Notes: generated by a model from the letters alone, not told the origin. DNA of 32,000 nt from Haloferax volcanii DS2 (GCF_000025685.1 NC_013967.1:2100001-2132000); one strand, 5' to 3'; counted from the stretch's first letter, positions 8,017 to 17,077 are shown. Made by a program: numbers and translations.

Positions 8017-9711
8017 CTAGAACACGCCGGGGGCGACGACGTAGACCAGAAGCGACCCGACGACACCGACGAACAGCGCGAAGACGACGGTCGGCACGAC
8101 CACCTTCCGGAGGATGTCGCCCTCGCGGCCCGCGATGCCGATGACGCCGGAGATGGCGGCGATGTTGAGGACCGATATCATGTTCCCGACGCCGCCGCCG
8201 ACGTTCTGAATAGCGACGACGAGCGCGCGGGAGATACCGACGTCGGCGGCCGCATTGTACTGCAGGGCGTTGAACAGGATGTCCGACGTGGTGTTGCTCC
8301 CGGTGACGAAGGTTCCGAGCGCGCCGATCCACGGGGCGACGACGGGAAGCGCCGCCCCCGCCCCTTCGGCTAACACCAACGAGAGGACGTTCATCATCCC
8401 GATGGTGTCGGTGGGGTTGATGCTCGACTGAATCATGACCTGCGTGAGCGAGACGGCGACGACGAGCGTCACCGCCGCCGTCGCGACCTGCCGCCCGGAC
8501 TCGACCCAAGCGTCGGCCATCTCGCCGGCGTCCATCCGGTAGAACAGGCCGGTCAGGACGGCGACGGGGAGAAACGGCATCGTCCCCGGGAGGTAGAGAT
8601 ACGCCAGCGACCACTCCATCGTCTCGTACCCGAATATCCAGTAGGGGCCGACGGTGAACCCCTGTAAGACGGACACGAGGTCGAGCGTCGGCCAGCGCGT
8701 GACCAGTAACACGAGCGCGACGGCGACGTACGGTGCCCACGCCATCCAGACCGGCATCCGCTTTCGCGGTTCTTCGGTGTCGAGCGACGACGGGTCGAGG
8801 CCGCCTAACCACTCGTCGAGCCAGCCCCGCCGGTCGGGGAACGTCCATCGCTCGGACGGGACGAGCACGCCCCGGTCGGCCATCACGACGCCGACGGCGA
8901 GGACGGCGAACCCGGCGGCGATATCGGGGAGCGCCGGGCCGATGAACCACGCGACGGCGAGCTGCACCGCGCCGGTCAGCCCGCCGAGGACGAGCGCGAA
9001 CGGCGCGATGGGCGCGGCGGTTCGCGCGGCCCCGCGAACCGACCGCTCGTCGTCGTCACCGAACCAGTAGACCAGCAGGAACACGCCGAGGAGCCCCCAG
9101 AACGCGAACGTCAGCCCAGTCATGACGCCGGTCCACGCCGAGACTAACTGCCGGAACGGCCCGCCCGCCATCGCCGCCGGGAGAATCGACTCGATTTGGC
9201 TGACGCCGCCGATAATCGGCGTCCCCGCGGCCCCGAACTGCGGGTTCGGCGCGTTGAAAAACAGCCCGAACACCGCCGCCGCCAGCGGCGGGAAGCCGAG
9301 GCCGATAAACAGCGGCGCGGCCAGCGCTCCCGGTGTCCCGAAGCCCGCGACGCCCTCGATAATCGTCTCGAAGCCGAGGCCGATGAGGAGCAACTGGATG
9401 CGGCGGTCGCGCTCCAGCCGGCGGAAGTACCACCGAATCGTCTCGATGGAGCCGCTGACCTCCAAGTAGTTCATGAGCAGAATCGCCCCGAAGACGATGA
9501 GGACGATGTTGAGCCCCTCAAGCGCGCCGTACACCGCGGCTCCCGCCCACGCTGTCGGCTCCATACCCCACACTGCGAACGCCAGCGCCGTCGCCAACAC
9601 CCACCCGACCCCCATTGACCGCGCCGCCGACCACCGAAGCCCGGCGAGGAGGACGAACGCGACGACGATTGGGACGCTCGCCGCGAGTGCCAAAATCACG
9701 ACTGAAGTCAT
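8017..9711 (-). CDS. lctP: L-lactate permease (LctP family)
   Basis: Polytopic protein with LctP-like blocks: GLRWSAARSM, EGVAGFGTPGALAAPLFIGLGF, GALGTFVTGSNTTSD. Start taken at MTSVVILA (9711); an alternative start lies at 9777. Confidence 0.85.
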   Translation of the reverse strand: MTSVVILALAASVPIVVAFVLLAGLRWSAARSMGVGWVLATALAFAVWGMEPTAWAGAAVYGALEGLNIVLIVFGAILLMNYLEVSGSIETIRWYFRRLERDRRIQLLLIGLGFETIIEGVAGFGTPGALAAPLFIGLGFPPLAAAVFGLFFNAPNPQFGAAGTPIIGGVSQIESILPAAMAGGPFRQLVSAWTGVMTGLTFAFWGLLGVFLLVYWFGDDDERSVRGAARTAAPIAPFALVLGGLTGAVQLAVAWFIGPALPDIAAGFAVLAVGVVMADRGVLVPSERWTFPDRRGWLDEWLGGLDPSSLDTEEPRKRMPVWMAWAPYVAVALVLLVTRWPTLDLVSVLQGFTVGPYWIFGYETMEWSLAYLYLPGTMPFLPVAVLTGLFYRMDAGEMADAWVESGRQVATAAVTLVVAVSLTQVMIQSSINPTDTIGMMNVLSLVLAEGAGAALPVVAPWIGALGTFVTGSNTTSDILFNALQYNAAADVGISRALVVAIQNVGGGVGNMISVLNIAAISGVIGIAGREGDILRKVVVPTVVFALFVGVVGSLLVYVVAPGVF

Positions 9712-9863
9712 TGTGTCTTTCTGTGTGTTTGTGACCGAGTTTGTTGTAGTACGCGCACCGTTCTCTGTCCCGTCCAACCGAAAGCAGGCTTAAGAGAGTC
9801 GAGCGACAAAGTCACCGGGTCGCGTGACACAGGCTACGGACTGATGGACTTCGAGTGAGAAAG

Positions 9864-9877
9864 TGGCCTCGGCACTC
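9864..9877. repeat. core direct repeat TGGCCTCGGCACTC, copy A (candidate attL)
   Basis: It matches 12479-12492 exactly and 31736-31748 over 13 bp. It sits at the composition break. The flanking AGAAAG and CGACTCAC are also shared with copy B. Confidence 0.6.
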
Positions 9878-10110
9878 ACGACTCACAATCTATCCATAGT
9901 GAATGTGTTTAGCGGCTCTATAGAGTCCGCTGTGCCCGTAACAACCAGAACTCAGAGGTTTGATTTCGAGTCATATCCTCAGCAAGAACTTTCACCCACT
10001 CATCACAATTAGGTGTTCATGAGCACCAACGACCGGCAGGACCGGGTTCCTGGGTTCGTCTATCTGGACATGGACCGAGTAAAATCCATATCGTCCCGTA
10101 TCGATGAAGG

Positions 10111-11512
10111 TTCAGTACCTCACAAAGCATCCTCGCCTAGCTGTCTCTGAAGCCTGAATTCTGTGGCCGAGCGGTTGCATTGGCGGTCTCGACGACAGAA
10201 TCATGGACGGATCGGCGGAGAGCCGTCGCTGTCGGCGGCGGCTGCCGCCGACGCGACAGCGTCGCCACTCCCACTGTTGGCTAGCCCGGTCGGGAGTTAC
10301 CGGTGGAACCGGTCGTCTGGTGGTCGGTTCGCGGGGACGGCCCGACGCACCGCGAGGGCCGTCCACGCTGCTCGACGGACCATATTGATGAACTCCTTGA
10401 ACGACCACTCCCAGAGGCGACGCCCCCCACGGCGGGGCGTCGCCACGTACTCCCAGTGCAAATACCGCCAGACGTTCTGTAACAGCAGGCTCACCACGAC
10501 GTACAACAGCCGTACGACCGGATTCTGTGTCGAGGTCGTCGCGATACTTTGCTCGGAGAGTCGATAGCTTGCCTCGATACCGAAGCGTTTCGCGTAGTGG
10601 TATCGAGCGTCCCGTGGTGAGTCGATGAACGGCGCGTCAGCGGCGTAGCCGTGACGCGCCACGCCATGTTCGTCGTACCGTCCGTTCTGGTAGGTACAGT
10701 CGATGTAGACGGGAAACTCGACGGTCCAGCTGTGACCGTCGAGTTTCGCTGTCAGACTGTGCTGAATCACGCGACTCCACCCTTCTGAGAGTTCTCGCTT
10801 GATCGTCCGTCCCCAGCGGACGATCGGCATGACGTAGGCGTGGTTGTGCGCCTGAAGCAGCGTCAAACACTTGCTGTCGTAGAATTCGCGGTCAAGATAG
10901 ACGGCCTTGACACCGAGGTCAAGGCCGTCGAGAATACCGAGGAACTCTGCGAGGACACTGCTGGCGGTGTCGCCGTCTTCGAGACGGCGCACCGCCAGCG
11001 TGTAGCGTTTGTTCTTCACGCGTGCGTACAGTGTCGCGTACGCGTGAAACGCGGTGGTTCCACGCTTCGCTTGTGAGTGATACAGGCCGTCTGTATCGTC
11101 TTCGTCGCCGTAGTAGGGCCGCAGGTGGAGGTCTGCGCAGACCTCCACCTGCTGGGGAAGGACGTCGAGAACGTCTTTCTGGAGGAGCGTGTTCCCGATT
11201 TGTTCGAGCGTCTCGAGGTCGAACTTGGTGCGGAGATGGTAGAGAACCGAGTTTTCGTGAGGTGCATCTTCGCTTCTCTTGCAGAGTGTAGAGACCGAGG
11301 TCCCGTCGGCGCAGGCGCCGACGAGGACCTCGTAGATGTCTTCAGCATCGAGTTCAGCGTTTTCAGCGAGTGAGAGAGCAACTTCCTCGTCAAGAGAGTT
11401 GACGAGGAAGTTAAGGAGCTGGTCCTCGTGGATTTCATCGTCTGTTTGCTGGTTGTTGGACACATCTTCAGCAAGCAGACCTTCTAACTAAACGGCTTTG
11501 TGAGGTACTGAA
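10111..11512 (-). mobile_element. ISH3-family insertion sequence (about 1.4 kb)
   Basis: Perfect 18-bp terminal inverted repeats: TTCAGTACCTCACAAAGC (10111-10128) and GCTTTGTGAGGTACTGAA (11495-11512). A single transposase ORF lies inside. GC is higher than the surrounding island. A possible 5-bp target duplication, AGGTT/AAGTT, appears if the repeats are read as 16 bp. Confidence 0.85.
10297..11463 (-). CDS. ISH3-family (IS4-related DDE) transposase
   Basis: 388-aa ORF whose length and sequence character match haloarchaeal ISH3-type transposases as I recall them (…YLDREFYDS…, …AKRFGIEASYR…). It is bounded by the inverted repeats. Confidence 0.8.
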   Translation of the reverse strand: MSNNQQTDDEIHEDQLLNFLVNSLDEEVALSLAENAELDAEDIYEVLVGACADGTSVSTLCKRSEDAPHENSVLYHLRTKFDLETLEQIGNTLLQKDVLDVLPQQVEVCADLHLRPYYGDEDDTDGLYHSQAKRGTTAFHAYATLYARVKNKRYTLAVRRLEDGDTASSVLAEFLGILDGLDLGVKAVYLDREFYDSKCLTLLQAHNHAYVMPIVRWGRTIKRELSEGWSRVIQHSLTAKLDGHSWTVEFPVYIDCTYQNGRYDEHGVARHGYAADAPFIDSPRDARYHYAKRFGIEASYRLSEQSIATTSTQNPVVRLLYVVVSLLLQNVWRYLHWEYVATPRRGGRRLWEWSFKEFINMVRRAAWTALAVRRAVPANRPPDDRFHR

Positions 11513-12478
11513 GTTATCTCGATTCGGATAATTTGGAGACGAGAATCACAGTCACTGGACCTTATCGATTTCAGGAGCTCCGTGATGAGATTGAGGACGC
11601 GGGAATTTCCATACATGACGGGAGCAACCCAGACCAGCTATCTAGGGGTGATGTTGTAGAGGTGTCTGGAAAGCTGAAACCGATGTCTCTGTTCAAATTC
11701 GAGATAGCATTCAAAGCATTTCTCGATATAATGGACAATGAAACTCAACAGTACTTGCAGGAAATCGATTATCAGGACCAACAGGTCCAAGAGGAGATAT
11801 CGGAAGAGGATGTTGAGGAATTGAAGAACATGCTCAATCTGATACAGAGGTTTGCGGGAGACAAGATTCCACTACGAGCTGACGTGGATAGCCACCCATT
11901 TGGCATCCCTCTCGACCGAAACCACATGAGAAGTAACCCGGAGAGAGTGTTCTTCGAGGATAGGGAATATACCGTCTTTGGAAGAGTAGAAAACCTCATT
12001 CAGGATGCAGAGCAGTGGGACCCCGCAGCGGTAACGGATATTATCGACACATACGTTCCACAGGAACAAACGGGAGAGGAGATGCGGACCATACTCAAGC
12101 AGGTTTCGAGGGAGTTCAATATGCAATTGAGCGATGAAGATTTCATAATCAAGTCTCCAGGGAGCATTATCCACCCAATCGCAGTTCACTGGTAGCGGTC
12201 ACTCATACAATTCTAAGGAACACACTCGGACGAGCCATTTTAGACGACTTTCTATTCCGGCGGTTCAAGAACGAGAGAAGGGAAGTTACCGATTCTCACT
12301 GTGTGACTCACATCTCGACTAGTAGAGTCGATACCTCGATAGTAGTGACTGGGGCCTATGTGACCTCTCAGAGTGTACTCTATTCGCCTGTTGATTACGA
12401 CTGTCCTCTCTCAGAGGGTAGCAGACGCGATTCTCTGACATTCGTGCACTTCTCTTCGCGAATGTATGGATAGAAAGC

Positions 12479-12492
12479 TGGCCTCGGCACTC
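12479..12492. repeat. core direct repeat TGGCCTCGGCACTC, copy B (candidate junction att)
   Basis: Exact 14-bp match to copy A. It lies in a 500-bp non-coding gap. Confidence 0.6.
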
Positions 12493-12702
12493 GAACCAGT
12501 AATTATTACCGACTCACGAAACAATTTATAGAAGATGTCTGATTCACGCCTAAACCGATAGACTGCGAGGGGATATCTATCGAGATACTCCCTATGTTAT
12601 GGAATACTCCCTGACGAAAGAGAATCTTCAACGCGAGGGTGAGGGACAAAAATACAAACCTGGTCCGGCTAAGACGAATGATTCTATCGGAACGTCGTCG
12701 GA

Positions 12703-13782
12703 TTAGAAATCGCTCAATGCTCGCTGATAGATTTTATATCGGTCTGCTACGTGAGCAGCACCTTCTGAAACACCTTCTTCACAGGACTCCTGATAGTACC
12801 TAAGCTCTCGCCCAAACTTGTCAATTCCAAATGCGCAAATGAGTGCGACTTCTGCAGTAGAGATTGCAGAGTAAGCTAACAATCGGATTGCCCTGTCGAT
12901 GAACTTGATGTAGCCCGGCCCGTACAGCCGACTGAATATCCCTCCATGTTCGTAGTTGGCCCATTCTCGGAGTAGCTTGAATACGTGGTAGAAAGTAGAG
13001 GTGTCCCGCCCATTATCCCATGTACTGATATTTTTTGCTTTGCTATATACCGCATTCATTTGACGCTCATAGTGATTTGCATATTTTTCCTCACGCTGAC
13101 CACGGATTTCAGGTATCCATTCTTCATTTTCAACGCCAATGAAGTACGGAAATGGTTTCCTGAAGTCGAAGAATTGCCCAGAAGAGGGAGCAAAATTAAA
13201 CGGATACCCATAGAGACCACGGGCTCGTGAGGACATAAACTGATTAGAGTGTTTTCTTAGCGTAGCCTGATGCGAATTAGATAAATCAGAATCATCTTTA
13301 GTACGGATAATTGCTGAGGCAGACTTGTATAGTGCGTAATAGCACATCGTGATTCGCCATTCAGCAGTTTTCATCCTCTCTTCGGGCCCAGCATCAACCG
13401 GGTCACTCAAACAATATTCATCCCTCCAAGCATTAGTCAAATTCCGGAAAGCCTTCTCCGCATAGATTCTATCTGAACCAGACCGATTGCGAAAGAACCC
13501 CAGAAGTTGACCTCGATTTTCCACGGCGAATTCAAGAGTTGCATAAATAATGTGCTCCTTCAACCGTTCAACGTCACTATCGTTACTTGCCTCAGCTAAA
13601 TTCAAACCCCAAACGCTCTGTTCATCTGAATCGATTTCAGAGGATGGCGCAACAGAATTGTCCAGCCCCATATTTTGGTCCCGCCCATACTCATAGGCCC
13701 AATAATACCCGTTTGCTATTGTTTTAAAAAATTGACCTACGGGTATCGCCTGCTCCGCAAATCTCCGAGCAGTATGCGACAT
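12703..13782 (-). CDS. hypothetical protein (359 aa); weak HEPN-like helical hints only
   Basis: Clean low-GC ORF. Helices such as MCYYALYKSASAIIRTK…SHQATLRKH and FKLLREWANYEHGG loosely resemble HEPN helices or R-x(4-6)-H motifs. This is not a confident assignment. Confidence 0.6.
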   Translation of the reverse strand: MSHTARRFAEQAIPVGQFFKTIANGYYWAYEYGRDQNMGLDNSVAPSSEIDSDEQSVWGLNLAEASNDSDVERLKEHIIYATLEFAVENRGQLLGFFRNRSGSDRIYAEKAFRNLTNAWRDEYCLSDPVDAGPEERMKTAEWRITMCYYALYKSASAIIRTKDDSDLSNSHQATLRKHSNQFMSSRARGLYGYPFNFAPSSGQFFDFRKPFPYFIGVENEEWIPEIRGQREEKYANHYERQMNAVYSKAKNISTWDNGRDTSTFYHVFKLLREWANYEHGGIFSRLYGPGYIKFIDRAIRLLAYSAISTAEVALICAFGIDKFGRELRYYQESCEEGVSEGAAHVADRYKIYQRALSDF

Positions 13783-13850
13783 TTCTCTATACTGTATCCG
13801 TACATAACTAATTACTTCCCTTTGTATCTAGAGCTATACTGAATACCAAC

Positions 13851-14573
13851 CTAGGCCGAAATACTCAGTTCTCGTGCCTCTTCGGGATTTGTCTTCATTC
13901 GTTCAACACGCTCTGCAGATTCGAGATTTTTTGTTAATGTGAGTAGTTCTCGCCCTCGCAACTCGAGCCACGTAGTGTCAAAATCACTCCGCTCTGCCTC
14001 AGTTGCGGGAATCCAATAGCAGTCTCCGATGAATTCCTTGCTTCCCTTGGACGCGAACGCGAATGCTGTCGTCTCTTCCGGTATCAAGGTCAACGCGTCC
14101 TGAACAGCAATCAGATACTTTGTCCCCAATGCGACGAAGACCAAGTCGTAGCCTTTGGCAAGGATTTGCCGGAGGTCCTGAGGGATATTCTTCTCCCGGC
14201 CAACAGCCGCTACTAACTCGTTGTTGGTCATCGTATCTACGTCGAGGTTCATCCGTTCTGCCCGTTGACGAACCTGCTCAATCTCGCTGAATGTACATTC
14301 ATAGGACGGAATCTCTGTTCCAGCAGAGAGGACACCAAACCCGGCAGAGATGATACGCCAATCCACATTAGCGAACTCCGAAAGCTCTTGTACAGCTGAT
14401 TCGATATGCTCGTGCTCGCGTCCCGTGTACATCTCAGCCGCCGAAGCGACTGAATTAGGATGCTCGCTCAGTAACTCTGTCCGCTCCCGCGAGTCTATCT
14501 CTTCGGGACCAATAACAGCATCAAATCGCTTCGTTCCTGAACAAGGTGAGATAATGAGCACATCCAATCCCAT
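13851..14573 (-). CDS. hypothetical protein (240 aa), DUF6884-like N-terminal pattern
   Basis: The pattern LIISPCSGTK … AAEMYTGREH … WRIISAGFGVLSAGTEIPSYECTF matches my recollection of the DUF6884 consensus (CSxxK, Y-x-G, ILSAxxG, P-Y-x-x-T). The family assignment is unverified. Confidence 0.6.
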   Translation of the reverse strand: MGLDVLIISPCSGTKRFDAVIGPEEIDSRERTELLSEHPNSVASAAEMYTGREHEHIESAVQELSEFANVDWRIISAGFGVLSAGTEIPSYECTFSEIEQVRQRAERMNLDVDTMTNNELVAAVGREKNIPQDLRQILAKGYDLVFVALGTKYLIAVQDALTLIPEETTAFAFASKGSKEFIGDCYWIPATEAERSDFDTTWLELRGRELLTLTKNLESAERVERMKTNPEEARELSISA

Positions 14574-14656
14574 TTGTGTATTCTTATTCTGAATGACTAC
14601 TCAGAGAACGAAACTCTTTGTGGACGTGCCTGAGAATCATATGCTAAGCAACAACG

Positions 14657-15367
14657 ATGGCACGACGTGAGGATATTACCCGACTCTATGAACTCCTTGA
14701 CGAGTTAGAGCAGACCGTCGGCGGGAAACAGAAGCTCAAGGACTGTACCGGCTATATGGACTGGCCCGACAGAGGCGTCTACTTCTTCTTTGCGTCAGAC
14801 GAACACCGCGACGCCGGCGACCAGCTTCGGATTACTCGCATCGGGACTCACGCTGTCTCCGAGAGAAGCAGTACCTCGCTCTGGGACCGACTCAGAACAC
14901 ATCGCGGAGCAAAGCGGGGAACCTACGAAGGCGGCGGGAACCACCGAGGCTCTGTCTTCCGAAAACGAGTCGGCGAAGCGTTCGTTGAGCGTGATTCCCT
15001 GAATGATGAGTATCCCCATTGGGGCGAAGGCTCAAGCGCGAAGCGAGAACGACGACTTGATGAACTCGAGATGGAGCGGCGAGTAAGCGACTATCTTCGG
15101 GACCTGCCGTTCCTCTGGCTCAACGTTGACGATGAACCAAGGGCCGAGAGTCAACGGGCCTACATCGAACGAAACACGATTGCGCTCCTCAGTAACTACC
15201 AGCGAGAGGCCGTTGACGCTCGCTCAGATAATTGGCTGGGAAATCATAGTCGGAGCAAGAAAATCCGCGAATCCGGACTGTGGAATGTGAACCACGTCGA
15301 TGAGGATTACGACCCGGAATTTCTCGACCTCCTCCGCGACCAGATAGAAGAAACGTCGCCAGTCTAA
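14657..15367 (+). CDS. GIY-YIG-like nuclease domain protein (236 aa)
   Basis: GVYFFF…LRITRIGTH (GIY…YIG-like), then LWDRLRTHRG (conserved Arg region), GGNHRGSVFRKRVGEAF, and YIERNTIALL (Glu). It is transcribed divergently from 13851..14573. Confidence 0.6.
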   Translation: MARREDITRLYELLDELEQTVGGKQKLKDCTGYMDWPDRGVYFFFASDEHRDAGDQLRITRIGTHAVSERSSTSLWDRLRTHRGAKRGTYEGGGNHRGSVFRKRVGEAFVERDSLNDEYPHWGEGSSAKRERRLDELEMERRVSDYLRDLPFLWLNVDDEPRAESQRAYIERNTIALLSNYQREAVDARSDNWLGNHSRSKKIRESGLWNVNHVDEDYDPEFLDLLRDQIEETSPV

Positions 15368-15429
15368 GAATCGACCGCCATCGTAGCGACAGGACACTAT
15401 TATAATGGTAATGTCTGTACAGCAATAGT

Positions 15430-16818
15430 ATGGCAATCTACGTCGACGACCCTCTCAATTCGAACGACGAAGACTGGGACATCAGCAAGTTCCACAGCGA
15501 TAGCGAATACTTCGTTAAGCGACCACCCTATCAGCGAAAGACCGTCTGGGATACCGGAAAGAAGAAAGAACTAATCGACAGCTTCGTTCGCCAACTCTAC
15601 GTTCCGCCTGTCGTTATCCGGCAAGTCGTCCTCGACGGTAACGACCTCCGTCTCGAAGTCGTCGACGGCCAACAGCGAATTACCGCGATTCAAGAGTTCT
15701 TCGAGGACGAATTCGCACTCCCCGATAGCCCCGAACTCCGTGAACTCAACCCGGAACACGAGATTGCTGGGAAACGATACTCCGAACTTAGCGAGGACGT
15801 CCAGGAGTATATTGACTCTCAGTGTTCGCTCAAAGTCATCAAGCTGCGCGGCATCGACGACCCCGACGACAAGCGCCATCAGGAGTTAGCCACGAAGGTA
15901 TTCTGGCGACTCCAGCAGGGCGAACACCTGACCAACATCGAGAAGAACCACAGTAAGACCTACAGCCCCGTTCGGAACTTCATCGTCCAGACGGCCGACG
16001 ACATCAGCTTCGACCGGGAGAACTACGAAAGCCGTGACGACAACCCCAATCGCCACGAGTTCTTCACGCTTCTCGCTCGGAACAACGACCGACTTCAGCA
16101 ACTCTCACTCCTTGCTCGCTTCATCCTGATTGAGATTGATGAAGGCCCGACGAAGGTCACCGGGAAGGAGGTCACCAAACTATTCGATTGCAAGCGCGAG
16201 GGGTTCACTGTCCACGAGGACTTAGAAGAGTTCAAACAACGCGATGAGATTCAGCGCGTTCAGCGGATGCTCGACCTCCTTACGGAACTGTACCGAGATA
16301 CCGACCTGAAGAACGGGAACGGAGAGATAGAGTTCCTAAACAAGGAGTACTTCATCCTCAGCCTGTATTCGCTCATCCGTGAGTTAGAGTACGGCGATTA
16401 CAACTTCGGGCGGGACAACTACGACGAGGTTCGGGACTTCACCGAGGAGTGGTTCAAGCGGTTCGAAGTTGAGGATACAGACGACAGCGAAATGCTCCAA
16501 TTCAAGGAGGCTCGCCAGCAGAACCGAGGAGCAGTCAACAAGCGACACTACATCCTCGAAAACGCCTTCTGGGAGACAGAGCCCGACATTCAAGAGACGG
16601 ACAGCCAACGGGCATTCTCCCGAGCGCAGCGAATTAAGCTCTTCATCGAGAGTGACCGCATCTGCGAGATGTGCGTAGAGGAAGGGAAAACCGAAGAGGA
16701 GGCAAAAGTGTCTTGGAGTAATTGGGACGCCGACCACATCGAGGAACACTCACAGGGCGGCCAGACTGTTCTCGAAAACGCACGGGTCCTCTGCCCCCAT
16801 CATAATCGGAGCCGATAG
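15430..16818 (+). CDS. DUF262 (ParB-like, DGQQR) plus C-terminal HNH nuclease; GmrSD/BrxU/SspE-like type IV restriction candidate
   Basis: N-terminal YQRKTVWDTGKKKELIDS…VVDGQQRITAIQEFF is the DUF262 signature. C-terminal CEMC…DADHIEEHSQGGQTVLENARVLCPHHN is HNH. Confidence 0.8.
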   Translation: MAIYVDDPLNSNDEDWDISKFHSDSEYFVKRPPYQRKTVWDTGKKKELIDSFVRQLYVPPVVIRQVVLDGNDLRLEVVDGQQRITAIQEFFEDEFALPDSPELRELNPEHEIAGKRYSELSEDVQEYIDSQCSLKVIKLRGIDDPDDKRHQELATKVFWRLQQGEHLTNIEKNHSKTYSPVRNFIVQTADDISFDRENYESRDDNPNRHEFFTLLARNNDRLQQLSLLARFILIEIDEGPTKVTGKEVTKLFDCKREGFTVHEDLEEFKQRDEIQRVQRMLDLLTELYRDTDLKNGNGEIEFLNKEYFILSLYSLIRELEYGDYNFGRDNYDEVRDFTEEWFKRFEVEDTDDSEMLQFKEARQQNRGAVNKRHYILENAFWETEPDIQETDSQRAFSRAQRIKLFIESDRICEMCVEEGKTEEEAKVSWSNWDADHIEEHSQGGQTVLENARVLCPHHNRSR

Positions 16819-16873
16819 CGTCCAGCAGTATCATTAATATCCTGACAGCAATCCGGTTAGATGGCGATTCTCG

Positions 16874-17077
16874 ATGACTGATGCACCATTAGCGCCCCGT
16901 CGACCGATGGACGACAACAAGGGATTAGGCGAGGGAATGACCAGCGTAGATATCTACTGTCACCGCCAGCACAAAGGCCAATGGCAGCAAGAGGCCGACG
17001 AACAAGGAATCAGCCTGAGTCGCTATCTGGTCGAACTCGTTCAAGAAGCTCGCTGGCAGAGACATAACGACGACTGA
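16874..17077 (+). CDS. ribbon-helix-helix (CopG/Arc-like) small regulator
   Basis: VDIYCHRQHKGQWQQEADEQGISLSRYLVELVQEARW shows a beta-strand plus two helices. It is a paralog of 17186.. and 31833... The exact start is uncertain. Confidence 0.6.
   Translation: MTDAPLAPRRPMDDNKGLGEGMTSVDIYCHRQHKGQWQQEADEQGISLSRYLVELVQEARWQRHNDD

Larger units (their letters stand above)
10019..12195 (+). pseudogene. hypothetical gene split by an ISH3-family insertion (restored product about 257 aa)
   Basis: The 5' part, 10019-10112, reads MSTNDRQDRVPGFVYLDMDRVKSISSRIDEG. The 3' part, 11516-12195, is in frame (…YLDSDNLETRITVTGPYRF…, ORF-track entry 11533..12195). Removing 10113-11515 joins the two parts in frame. 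Confidence 0.75.

Noticed and set aside
7254-9793. ORFs 7254..8066 (-), 7300..7926 (+), 7958..8950 (-), 8654..9070, 9056..9433, 9122..9469, 9196..9618 and 9473..9793
   Set aside because: They overlap the clearly recognisable hpt and lctP genes in other frames and have R/P/S-rich translations.
10112-11474. ORFs 10112..10408, 10163..10567, 10637..10870, 10840..11076, 11016..11474, 11022..11291 and 11077..11373 inside the IS
   Set aside because: They are alternative frames or antisense to the 388-aa transposase, which fills the element between its inverted repeats.
12585-12612. 9-bp direct repeat ATACTCCCT, two copies 19 bp apart, downstream of core copy B
   Set aside because: It is too short and isolated to interpret. 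It could be chance or part of the arm-type sites. It is noted only.
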